64,000 bases of DNA, taken from Bryobacteraceae bacterium (GTDB lineage: Bacteria > Acidobacteriota > Terriglobia > Bryobacterales > Bryobacteraceae). Position 1 is the first letter of the stretch. Each line of letters starts with the position of its first letter. Shown piece after piece: positions 47,527 through 55,680 of this stretch. The stretch spans positions 819,731 through 883,730 of the forward strand of contig OZ255724.1 of assembly GCA_965277315.1 (NCBI GenBank). Direction: 5' to 3'. Made by a program: the position numbers and the translations under genes. The notes beneath the pieces are model-generated. The model was not told the DNA's origin, did not search any database, and was given only the letters and a program-made list of their open reading frames with translations.

Positions 47527-49719
47527 TTATTGGCCGGGTGGTTGGCCAGGTACCGCAGTTCGGGGCGGCATAGGAGGTCTAAAGGGCGACGGGGTGTTAT
47601 TCACCGGAGGCGCCGTGTTGCCGCGATTGCCATTCGGAAAGGGGGGAGCGGGGTTTGGATTCGGCGTGAGGGGCGGATTGGGGGCGCGCGGCACATTGGG
47701 GCGCGACAGCGCGGGCACGGAAGTGGAACTCGCGGGCTTGGCGGTTATCGGCGTCTGATCGGGGCGGATGATGACGTGAACGACACGGTCGGTACCGGCG
47801 TCGATTCCGTCGTTGGCCATCTCGGTCAGATCGGGGCTGCGAACGATGTGGGGAATGACGGCGATCAGGGTGTTGTCATTGTTTCTGGTCTTTGTCCGTG
47901 CCCCGAAGATGTATCCGAGGATCGGCAGATTCGTCAGGCCGGGAATCCCGGTGTTGTTATCGTCTTGCTCATTCGTGTTGAGGCCACCAAGAACGCTGAC
48001 CTCGCCATCCTTGACGCGGATATCGGCTTCGTTCACGGTTTGACCAATAATCGGCTGTTGAACACCGGCGATGGTCGTGGTGGAGTTGACGTTGGAGATT
48101 TCAGCCTTGATATGCATTGTAATGTCGTTCGGGCCGTTCACACGAGGCTTGAAATCGATCTTTACACCCACGTCGACTTGCTGAAACTGGGTGGTGGCGT
48201 AAGGAATAGCGCCGGGGGTGGCAACGGCGGAGTTCAAGGAGCCCGAAACGTAAGGAATTTTGCTGCCGATGGTGAGGGTGGCCTGACCACCGTCGGTAGC
48301 ACGCAGTTGCGGCCGTTGGAGGATGCGAGTGGAGGAATCGGATAGGAGAGCTTGCACGAGCGCGCCAGGCAATGTAGTGGAGAAGTCGCTGCTGGCGACG
48401 TGGCCGAGTCCGGAGAGCGAGATGGCGCCTGGTGTGGTCGAGGTGCCTGAGCTAGAACCATAGGACCCAGTGCTAATTCCAGTGTCACCGGTGGTGATTC
48501 CATTAGTATTGGTGTTTCCAGTGGTAGTGCCGGGCGTTATTCCTGTGCCGGTTCCTGTTCCGGTGCCTGTGCCTGTGCCTGTGCCGGTTCCTGTGCCTGT
48601 CCCCGTGCCCGTTCCAGTGCCCGTTCCAGTGCCCGCAATGGGATTACGCGGAGTGAAATTGATCGGAAGAGTTAAGCCGCCCGCGCCGCCGAGCGCCGCG
48701 CCCAGCGTCCTTGTTTTATCGCGATTCACGGCCATGATGATGACGTCAATCATCACTTCCGCTTTCGGCTGATCCAAATCGTGAACCAGCTTTTCAGCCA
48801 AGGCGACCTGATCGGTGGTACCACGAACGACGATGGCGTTTTGGCTGGGGATTTGAAAGATGCCGGTGGTCAGTTTGGCTCCAGTGCGGACGCCGTTAAA
48901 GATTTCGGAGAGCTCGTTCTGCGTGGTGGCGTTCTGGATATAGAAGACCTTGACGACTTCGTCCTGATATTCCTGGCGCTTTTGTTCGGATTCTTGAGTG
49001 ACAAAGATGGCGTTATGGCTGACGGGCTTCCAGAAGGTGTGAGTAATCAGGGCGATGTAGCCCAGGGCTTCTTCGAGAGTAGCGTTGTTCAGGTCAAGGT
49101 TGAAATTCTTGCCGCCGGTGGTCTCGATGCCCGATGGATCGAAGAGCACGTTGATACCGGCCAGCTTGCTCACAGTTTCGTAGAGGACGCGAGCGGGCTG
49201 ATTGTTCATTTTAAGACTGCTGATTTGATCGTTGATGGGGCGGAGCGTGGGCGGCCCTTCTAAAGAATTGATACGCTTTTCGACGGCTTGGCGGGCTTTT
49301 TCGGCAGGCGTCAGAACAGGTGCACCGGCGGGCAGCGTGGAACGTTCTTTGATCATGCCGGTGGTTTGGCGAATTTCCTGGAGCGCAATTTGCGAGGACG
49401 GATCGGCGAGAAAGGCTTTCTGGAATTCGACGAGAGCCGCATCCAGTTTTTGTTCGCTTTGCAGCTTGCGGCCTTCGGAAATGTGTCCTTGCGAGGCCTC
49501 ATTGCGAACGCGCTGGTCGTCCAGCATATATTCAGGATCGTGCGAATCGGTGGCCAGTGCCTGATCGTAGTAGTTCAGGGCCACGTCGTAATGTTTTTCC
49601 GCCTCAGCTTTTTGGCCGAGCTTCAAGAGTTTGTCACCCTTTTTCGTATGTGCCTCGACCGGGGGCGCCAGTAGCGAAAGAACGCAGACCAGCGCGGCGA
49701 CAGACCGCAATGTATTCAA
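47527..49719 (-). CDS. Secretin (GspD/PilQ family) with N-terminal TPR-like region, internal Gly/Thr-rich insert and Pro-rich C-terminal tail
   Basis: 730 aa with a signal peptide. The secretin core contains 'ILQRPQLRATDGGQATLTIG', 'VGVKIDFKPRV' and 'GIPGLTNLPILGYIFG'. Confidence 0.88.
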   Translation of the reverse strand: MNTLRSVAALVCVLSLLAPPVEAHTKKGDKLLKLGQKAEAEKHYDVALNYYDQALATDSHDPEYMLDDQRVRNEASQGHISEGRKLQSEQKLDAALVEFQKAFLADPSSQIALQEIRQTTGMIKERSTLPAGAPVLTPAEKARQAVEKRINSLEGPPTLRPINDQISSLKMNNQPARVLYETVSKLAGINVLFDPSGIETTGGKNFNLDLNNATLEEALGYIALITHTFWKPVSHNAIFVTQESEQKRQEYQDEVVKVFYIQNATTQNELSEIFNGVRTGAKLTTGIFQIPSQNAIVVRGTTDQVALAEKLVHDLDQPKAEVMIDVIIMAVNRDKTRTLGAALGGAGGLTLPINFTPRNPIAGTGTGTGTGTGTGTGTGTGTGTGTGTGTGTGITPGTTTGNTNTNGITTGDTGISTGSYGSSSGTSTTPGAISLSGLGHVASSDFSTTLPGALVQALLSDSSTRILQRPQLRATDGGQATLTIGSKIPYVSGSLNSAVATPGAIPYATTQFQQVDVGVKIDFKPRVNGPNDITMHIKAEISNVNSTTTIAGVQQPIIGQTVNEADIRVKDGEVSVLGGLNTNEQDDNNTGIPGLTNLPILGYIFGARTKTRNNDNTLIAVIPHIVRSPDLTEMANDGIDAGTDRVVHVIIRPDQTPITAKPASSTSVPALSRPNVPRAPNPPLTPNPNPAPPFPNGNRGNTAPPVNNTPSPFRPPMPPRTAVPGQPPGQ
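48544..48633 (-). repeat. Imperfect hexanucleotide repeat encoding (Gly-Thr)15 within the secretin
   Basis: Fifteen consecutive GGN-ACN codon pairs with mixed synonymous codons (ggc act gga acg ggc act ...). The antisense frame reads (Pro-Val)n. Confidence 0.95.
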
Positions 49720-50024
49720 AACTTCACCTTTTAGACGTATCCAGCCAATGTTAAACTAACGGCCCACAAGTCTGCCTTTCGACTTCGAGAGCTTTCAGAA
49801 AGTGTAGTCCCGTGAGGGGTATATTCCTCTCCTTACACCTTGATCGCGCAAAACGGACGCCAAACGCCCTTTGACCCTAAATAACTCGCGCAAAACAGCC
49901 ACCAAACGCCCTTTGCGCTTGCATTAGATGACGCAGGCAGGATTCCTGCCGTGTAGCTCAAAGTGGGAAGGCCTCGAAAGTTTAACATTATTTATGATGG
50001 CTGTTTACGAGATAGCGGAGCCCC

Positions 50025-50495
50025 GTGGCGCAACACACTGATTTCAAGATTCTAAGTGATAACAGGTCTGCCGGACATAATTATCATCTGTTCGACCGGT
50101 ACGAGGCGGGGATGGTGTTGACTGGAACCGAGGTAAAGGCAGCGAAGGGCGGGAAGATACAGCTTAAGGAGAGCTATGCCGAGATACAGGACGACGAGGC
50201 ATGGCTGATGAATGCACACATTAGCGAGTACTCGCATGGCAACATCATGAATCATCCCCCGGTACGCAAGCGGAAGCTGCTGCTGCACCGGTCGGAGATC
50301 GACAAATTGCGGGTAGAAACGCGGGAAAAGGGCCTGACACTCGTGCCCACGCGACTATACCTGAAGGGCGGGCGTATCAAAGTGGAGATTGCGGTGGGCA
50401 AAGGCAAAAAGTTCCACGACAAGCGTGAAGCGACAAAGGCCAAAGAAATGCAAGCGGAGGCAAAAGCAGCGCTGGTTCGGCGTAATCGCCAGTAG
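50025..50495 (+). CDS. smpB: SsrA-binding protein
   Basis: 156 aa with a GTG start: '[27 protein letters not shown]...[15 protein letters not shown]'. Confidence 0.93.
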   Translation: MAQHTDFKILSDNRSAGHNYHLFDRYEAGMVLTGTEVKAAKGGKIQLKESYAEIQDDEAWLMNAHISEYSHGNIMNHPPVRKRKLLLHRSEIDKLRVETREKGLTLVPTRLYLKGGRIKVEIAVGKGKKFHDKREATKAKEMQAEAKAALVRRNRQ

Positions 50496-50558
50496 AGAAA
50501 ATAGTTTAGACCGGTCGGGGCGGAATTCTTATGCCTCGAATCGCGTCACATCACAGAT

Positions 50559-52073
50559 ATGCAAGTTCAAATAGAAACAGCCCCACTTGAGACCCTGGAG
50601 GCGGACGCACTGGCGGTGGTCTGCTTTGAGACAGCCGAAAAGGAGGCGAACACCAACGCGGTGGAGGCGGTGGCGAGCCACGACAGTCCCATTGCAGCGC
50701 AATCAGGCTGGCTCGCGGATTTGCGGGCTTCCGGCGAGTTTACTGGGAAGCTGTACGAGATAGCGATCCTGCATCGGCCTGAAGGAATAGCGGCCCGGCG
50801 GCTGGTGGTGGTAGGGGGAGGCAAAAGAGAGAAGTTCTCTGGTGTGGAGGCGCGGCGAATCGGGGGTGTACTGGTTCGCGCACTGAAGCCGAAGGGCATA
50901 CGGAATTTGGCGTTCGCGCTGGAGCCCTCGCAGGCTCCCTTCGTGATGGCGACCGTGGAAGGAATGATCTTGGGCGCTTGGGAGGCGGACAAGTATAAGT
51001 CCGATCCCAAAAAGGACGAGAAGCGGATCGATACGTTCACGATTGCGGTTCCGAGCGGCAATGAGAAGACGTTGCGAGAAGCCTCCGAGCGGGGACGGAT
51101 TGTCGCGGAGGCGCAAAACCTGACGCGCGACCTTGTGAACGAGCCGGCCAATAAGCTGAATCCGGCGGCATTGGTGGAGGCTGCGAAAGAGGTGGCATCG
51201 AGCCTTGGCATGAAATGCGAAGTCCTGGACCAGGAAGCTATGGCGAAGCTGGGGATGGGCGCGTTGTTGGGCGTGGCGCAAGGGAGCGATAATCCGCCGT
51301 ACCTCATCTCGATTCAATACCGGCCTTCTGTTCCGAATGATGGTGAGCATCTAGCGCTGGTGGGCAAGGGGGTAACGTTCGATACGGGTGGAATTTCCAT
51401 CAAGCCATCGGACGGCATGGAGAAGATGAAGTACGACATGGCCGGGGCGGGGGCGGTAATCGGCGCGATGAAAGCAATCGGGCAGTTGAAGCCGTCGATT
51501 ACGGTGACCGGCTATATCGCCACTGTTGAGAACATGGTGAACGGCAAGGCGCAACGTCCGGGGGATATCGTGAAGGCGCTTTCGGGCAAGACGGTAGAAG
51601 TGCTGAACACGGATGCCGAGGGCCGTTTGATTCTGGCGGATACTCTTACTTACGCGAACCGCAATGGCGCGACGCATATTGTCGATGCGGCAACGCTGAC
51701 TGGCGCGATTACGGTCGCACTGGGGCATTACAACATCGGCGCATTCACTAACGACGAGAAGTTAATGGATCGTTTTCTAGCGGCATCGCGCACGACGGGC
51801 GAGAAGACATGGCAAATGCCCATGGATGAAGAGTACAAGGAGTATTTAAAGAGCGCGTTCGCGGATCTGCCGAATATTGGCGGGCGGTACGGCGGCGCCA
51901 TTACGGCGGCGTGGTTTTTACGGGAATTCGCGGACCCGACGCCGTGGGTTCACCTGGACATTGCAGGGACGGCTTGGCTGGATGATGGGAAAGCGTGGCT
52001 GTCGAAGGGACCGTCGGGGGTAGCGGTTCGCTCGTTTGTGCAGCTTGCACTGGATTGGCATCGCCGTCAGTAG
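50559..52073 (+). CDS. pepA: Leucyl aminopeptidase (M17)
   Basis: 504 aa with 'VGKGVTFDTGGISIKP', 'NTDAEGRLILAD' and 'ATLTGA'. Confidence 0.93.
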   Translation: MQVQIETAPLETLEADALAVVCFETAEKEANTNAVEAVASHDSPIAAQSGWLADLRASGEFTGKLYEIAILHRPEGIAARRLVVVGGGKREKFSGVEARRIGGVLVRALKPKGIRNLAFALEPSQAPFVMATVEGMILGAWEADKYKSDPKKDEKRIDTFTIAVPSGNEKTLREASERGRIVAEAQNLTRDLVNEPANKLNPAALVEAAKEVASSLGMKCEVLDQEAMAKLGMGALLGVAQGSDNPPYLISIQYRPSVPNDGEHLALVGKGVTFDTGGISIKPSDGMEKMKYDMAGAGAVIGAMKAIGQLKPSITVTGYIATVENMVNGKAQRPGDIVKALSGKTVEVLNTDAEGRLILADTLTYANRNGATHIVDAATLTGAITVALGHYNIGAFTNDEKLMDRFLAASRTTGEKTWQMPMDEEYKEYLKSAFADLPNIGGRYGGAITAAWFLREFADPTPWVHLDIAGTAWLDDGKAWLSKGPSGVAVRSFVQLALDWHRRQ

Positions 52074-52088
52074 CTCCTACTGCGTGTG

Positions 52089-52106
52089 GGTAAGGTATGC
52101 CTTACC
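52089..52106. terminator. Short hairpin between convergent pepA and the kinase gene
   Basis: GGTAAGG-tatg-CCTTACC. It overlaps the kinase stop codon. There is no strong T-tract. Confidence 0.3.
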
Positions 52107-54840
52107 GCTTAAACATCCATGCATTGCTTGTGAGATCGATGCCTAAATAGGCGATGTGCTTCTCGTCGGGTGAGAAGACGCCGTACGTGTTGACATAGCT
52201 CCTATAAAGCAAGTGCGGCTGCTCCCTCGAATCCACGTAATAGAGCCCCTCCATTCGCGACGGATCTTCCAAAAGCGAGGGCATCTCTACTATGTTGATC
52301 TGCCCGCTATGAGCGCCGCCCCAAACCAACCAGCCGTTTCCGGAGGGTACGGGGTTTATGCCGTTGACGATGCCAAAATTCTCGATGCGTTTCACTGACT
52401 GCGAGCGGCGGGAAGGAACCGGGTCGAGCCTCAATTCTGTGAATTGGCCAGCGTGCCGGTCGTCGGGAATATCCACCCTGGTACCATCCGCAGAAAGCGC
52501 CCACCGGCCTAACCCTGAAACTGTGGCGGTAGTTCTTCCTAACTCGCGGCCTTCGCCCGTTACCGGATCGAGTTGGTAGTAGGTCTGTTGTCCCGAGCCG
52601 GTGGTGCGCAAAACACATTGTGTTCCTCGTCCCGGCAGGCTGCAGCGGAATTCGTCGAGAGGACCTCCAATAGGGACTTCGACGGGCGTTCCGCCATTTA
52701 CAGGGATCCGCATGAGGCGATGTGGATCAAGGAAATAACGGCTCTTCGATTTGTAGTGCGCCGCATAGAGAATCCATTTGCCATCGGGCGTCACCTGCGG
52801 CATCCACTTATCGTTCGGCGTGGACACGAGGGTCTCGGCTTCCCGGCGCGTAAGTTTTTGGCGGAACAGATCCTGGTGCACGTTCCGGTTGGACTCAAAA
52901 ATCACGGACTGATTGTCGGTGGTCCAGGCATGCGGGAAGTTGTTGGTTTGTTCCAGGGTCAAGCGTCTCGGGTTAATCAAAAACGGATGGCGGCCGCCTT
53001 GCCAACCTGCCACGTACGTCTCGTCGTATTTTTCGGTGCGTACCACCGCGAGCGACTTGCCGCCCCGGCTCCCGGTGAGTTGTGCCATTCTCACTTGCTG
53101 GAAATGAGACAACTGCCTGGGGGCAGAAACGATCCGGCCCGTTCTCGGATCGGTGTGAAGCGACCAGAGATTGTAGGAGTTGCTGCCACGCCAGGTATCA
53201 CCCCGGAGAAACAAAAATTCGCCGCCCGTGGTGAAAAAGCCGGAAGTCAAACGAATGTCTTTGACCATTGTAATCAACTTTCCCCTGCCGGGATCAAAAA
53301 AGACAAGATCACTACTCAGGCACTTATCGGGGACCACGAAAGCATCTTGGGGACTACCGCCGGTCTCGCATCCGCGCATCCGATGAAACCAGAGGTGAGC
53401 GTCGTTTGGAGACCAGAAGATCATGGGGATTCTTTCGCCTTGCGCGCTTGTGAACACCAAACGCGCCGACCCCCCGTAGAGTGGACCGGTCCAGACTTCA
53501 TGCCGGTGCTGCGTCAGCCAGGCGAGCTGCCTGCCATCGTGGGAGAGAGCTACCGCCTCGACACCCTCGCGCAGGCGTGTCGGGGGACTATCGTCGGCCG
53601 GAATGCTCCACACCTCGAAAGCGGAGTCGCTCCTGGCACCGACGGCGAGCAGACCCCCATTCGCCGGAAACAGCAGTTGGTAAATAGCCAAACCATCCGG
53701 CGCGTCCAGTTCACGAACAGAAGCCGTCCGGTTGTCGCGTATAAACAGACCGCCATCTACCGTGGCGTAAGCCAGTCGCGCGCCATCGGGCGAGAGCCCG
53801 GCGGCCGTGACATCGTGGCCCATTGTCTGCCTGGTGATTTGTTTGAAGCCAGGCTCCCGCGGCCCAGACCGCTCGATCCAACTCTGTGCGAGGAAGGTAG
53901 AGATTGCGGTCAGTATGGCCAGGCCTATCGCAACCGCCAGATAGCGGCTGGATTGTTCAAATCGCTCGAGCCGAGAGACGACTTTCTCGGCCGAAGGCCG
54001 CTGGCCGGGCGCGGCCGCCCGCATGTTCGTCAGCAGAGGATGACGCCAGCCGCTCATCTCTTCCAAAACCAAGGCAAGTGAATAAATATCACTGGCTCCG
54101 GTGACTTCCCCACCTCGTTTCTGCTCGGGAGACATATAACGTGCCGTGCCAACCGGCATATTCGCGCTGCCGCCGGCGAGCGTACGTTCCCGGATTCTTT
54201 GTGCCAGTCCGAAGTCCAGCACTTTGACGTAGCCATCCAGCCGCACCATGGTGTTTTCCGGCTTGATATCGCGATGCACGATGCCTTTGCGATGCGCCGC
54301 AGCGAGCGCGCTCGCCATCTGCCGGCCCATCTGAATGGTTTGCCGGCGCGATAGCCGCTGGGCCTTCAGCAGCGCACGAAGCGATTGCCCCTCTACCAGT
54401 TCCATGACAATGGCGAGGCCCCATTGCGTTTGAATGATCTCGTAGACCGTGACGATGTTGGGGTGGTTGAGCGCCGACGCCGCCCGCGCTTCGCGGATGA
54501 TCTGGGCCGATGAAGCAGCGGTTGACGGCAAATCCGCCGGCAGGAACTTCAAGGCGACTTGACGATTAAGTTCGGTGTCCTCCGCGGAATAGACTTCGCC
54601 CATTCCGCCGTGCCCGATGCGCTCGATTAGGACGTACCGCCCAACGGTATCGCCAATGCGGCGATCGGGCATAGGCGGAAACTCCATACCGCTCGAAAGC
54701 TCTTCCAAGATGGCGATGACCTGGCGTTCCACCGCGGGATCGGCCGTGGCGTTACGAACATATTCCCGTTGCGCCTCGGCTTCCAGATCACCGGCGATCT
54801 CGCAGAGAACCCAGGCGGCGCGCCATTGCTCTTCAGTCAT
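52102..54840 (-). CDS. Ser/Thr protein kinase with one TM helix and a large periplasmic TolB/WD40-like beta-propeller
   Basis: 912 aa. The Hanks kinase motifs 'ALKFL', 'HRDIKPENTM', 'DFGLAQ' and 'GTARYMSPEQ' are present. A TM segment 'YLAVAIGLAILTAISTFLA' follows. The propeller region then shows 'SPDG..LAY/W'-type repeats. Confidence 0.88.
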   Translation of the reverse strand: MTEEQWRAAWVLCEIAGDLEAEAQREYVRNATADPAVERQVIAILEELSSGMEFPPMPDRRIGDTVGRYVLIERIGHGGMGEVYSAEDTELNRQVALKFLPADLPSTAASSAQIIREARAASALNHPNIVTVYEIIQTQWGLAIVMELVEGQSLRALLKAQRLSRRQTIQMGRQMASALAAAHRKGIVHRDIKPENTMVRLDGYVKVLDFGLAQRIRERTLAGGSANMPVGTARYMSPEQKRGGEVTGASDIYSLALVLEEMSGWRHPLLTNMRAAAPGQRPSAEKVVSRLERFEQSSRYLAVAIGLAILTAISTFLAQSWIERSGPREPGFKQITRQTMGHDVTAAGLSPDGARLAYATVDGGLFIRDNRTASVRELDAPDGLAIYQLLFPANGGLLAVGARSDSAFEVWSIPADDSPPTRLREGVEAVALSHDGRQLAWLTQHRHEVWTGPLYGGSARLVFTSAQGERIPMIFWSPNDAHLWFHRMRGCETGGSPQDAFVVPDKCLSSDLVFFDPGRGKLITMVKDIRLTSGFFTTGGEFLFLRGDTWRGSNSYNLWSLHTDPRTGRIVSAPRQLSHFQQVRMAQLTGSRGGKSLAVVRTEKYDETYVAGWQGGRHPFLINPRRLTLEQTNNFPHAWTTDNQSVIFESNRNVHQDLFRQKLTRREAETLVSTPNDKWMPQVTPDGKWILYAAHYKSKSRYFLDPHRLMRIPVNGGTPVEVPIGGPLDEFRCSLPGRGTQCVLRTTGSGQQTYYQLDPVTGEGRELGRTTATVSGLGRWALSADGTRVDIPDDRHAGQFTELRLDPVPSRRSQSVKRIENFGIVNGINPVPSGNGWLVWGGAHSGQINIVEMPSLLEDPSRMEGLYYVDSREQPHLLYRSYVNTYGVFSPDEKHIAYLGIDLTSNAWMFKR

Positions 54841-54932
54841 CCGCGTTTTTTCTTTCCACTACCGCGTCATCGAGCACCGTATTCTAAAGAGCGTGTTCAG
54901 GGGCTCTAAAGCTGCCAGGGACGAACAACTTT

Positions 54933-55511
54933 TCAACTCGCTCCCAAATTTTCACGCAGCCACTGCTTACAGAAAGTCCAGTTCCGGGCCACCGTTCGCG
55001 GTGCGATTTGCAGCCGGCCCGCAATCTCCTCCATGGACAAGCCCTCAAAGACCTTCATTTCCACGATGCTGCCGAGGCGCGGATGAATAACGGCGAGCTT
55101 TTCCAATAACTCGTCGATTTCGCAGAGGGTTGCGTTGCCGGGTTGGTCCTCAGCCACGTCGAAATGCGCGATGTCGATTTTGGTGGTGTGCTTGACCAGC
55201 AATCGCGAGTGGTCGATCAGCAGATGCCGCATTACGTGGCCGGCAAACTGGAGAAATTGTTCCCGCTCGGACCACTCGATACGCTCTGGGGGAGCCAAGG
55301 ATTTTACCTTTATTAACCGCAAGTAAAGTTCATGGACGAGCAGCGACGGTTGCCAGGAATGTTCGCTTCCTTCCGCATTCATCTTGACTGCCGCTAAGCG
55401 TTTCAGTTCGGGATAAAAGAGGACGAATAGCCGGTCGGCCGCCTCGCGATCACCTGCGCGCAAACGAGCCATGAGGTTAGCAACAGTCTCTGAAGTTTGA
55501 CCGGAAATCAT
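54933..55511 (-). CDS. ECF-type sigma-70 family sigma factor (kinase-associated subgroup)
   Basis: 192 aa. The N-terminus 'LMARLRAGDREAADRLFVLFYPELKRLA' looks like region 2. The C-terminal region 4 HTH is 'MKVFEGLSMEEIAGRLQIAPRTVARNW'. It lies immediately upstream of the kinase on the same strand. Confidence 0.85.
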   Translation of the reverse strand: MISGQTSETVANLMARLRAGDREAADRLFVLFYPELKRLAAVKMNAEGSEHSWQPSLLVHELYLRLIKVKSLAPPERIEWSEREQFLQFAGHVMRHLLIDHSRLLVKHTTKIDIAHFDVAEDQPGNATLCEIDELLEKLAVIHPRLGSIVEMKVFEGLSMEEIAGRLQIAPRTVARNWTFCKQWLRENLGAS

Positions 55512-55680
55512 GAGTTTTGCCTCCCTATTATCTGTCTTTTAGGCTCAAATACTTCCGAATGCGCCCTTGGCTGAAAAAATCTTTATCCGGCGTGGCAGGT
55601 TTGTGATCTCTCCTCTCGCTTATATCGTCAGAGGGCCAGAATAAGCTGGCTTTCATTTCGCTCTTTTAGGAGAGAATATC

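Noticed and set aside
49720-50024. tmRNA (ssrA) expected near smpB.
   Set aside because: The 305-nt region lacks a tRNA-like acceptor/T-arm end (no GGTTCGAATCC...CCA) and is too short for tmRNA. Only the two 30-nt direct repeats stand out.
52573-54081. 502-aa plus-strand ORF.
   Set aside because: It lies entirely antisense to the Ser/Thr kinase gene, which has unambiguous kinase motifs. Its translation is Arg/Gly/Pro-rich with no recognisable features.
55512-55680. Attempt to call an ECF-type promoter in the divergent region between the sigma gene and the PLC-like gene.
   Set aside because: There is a CGTC near 55635 but no convincing GGAAC-like -35 element at the right spacing. The group-specific motif is not known to me, so no call is justified.
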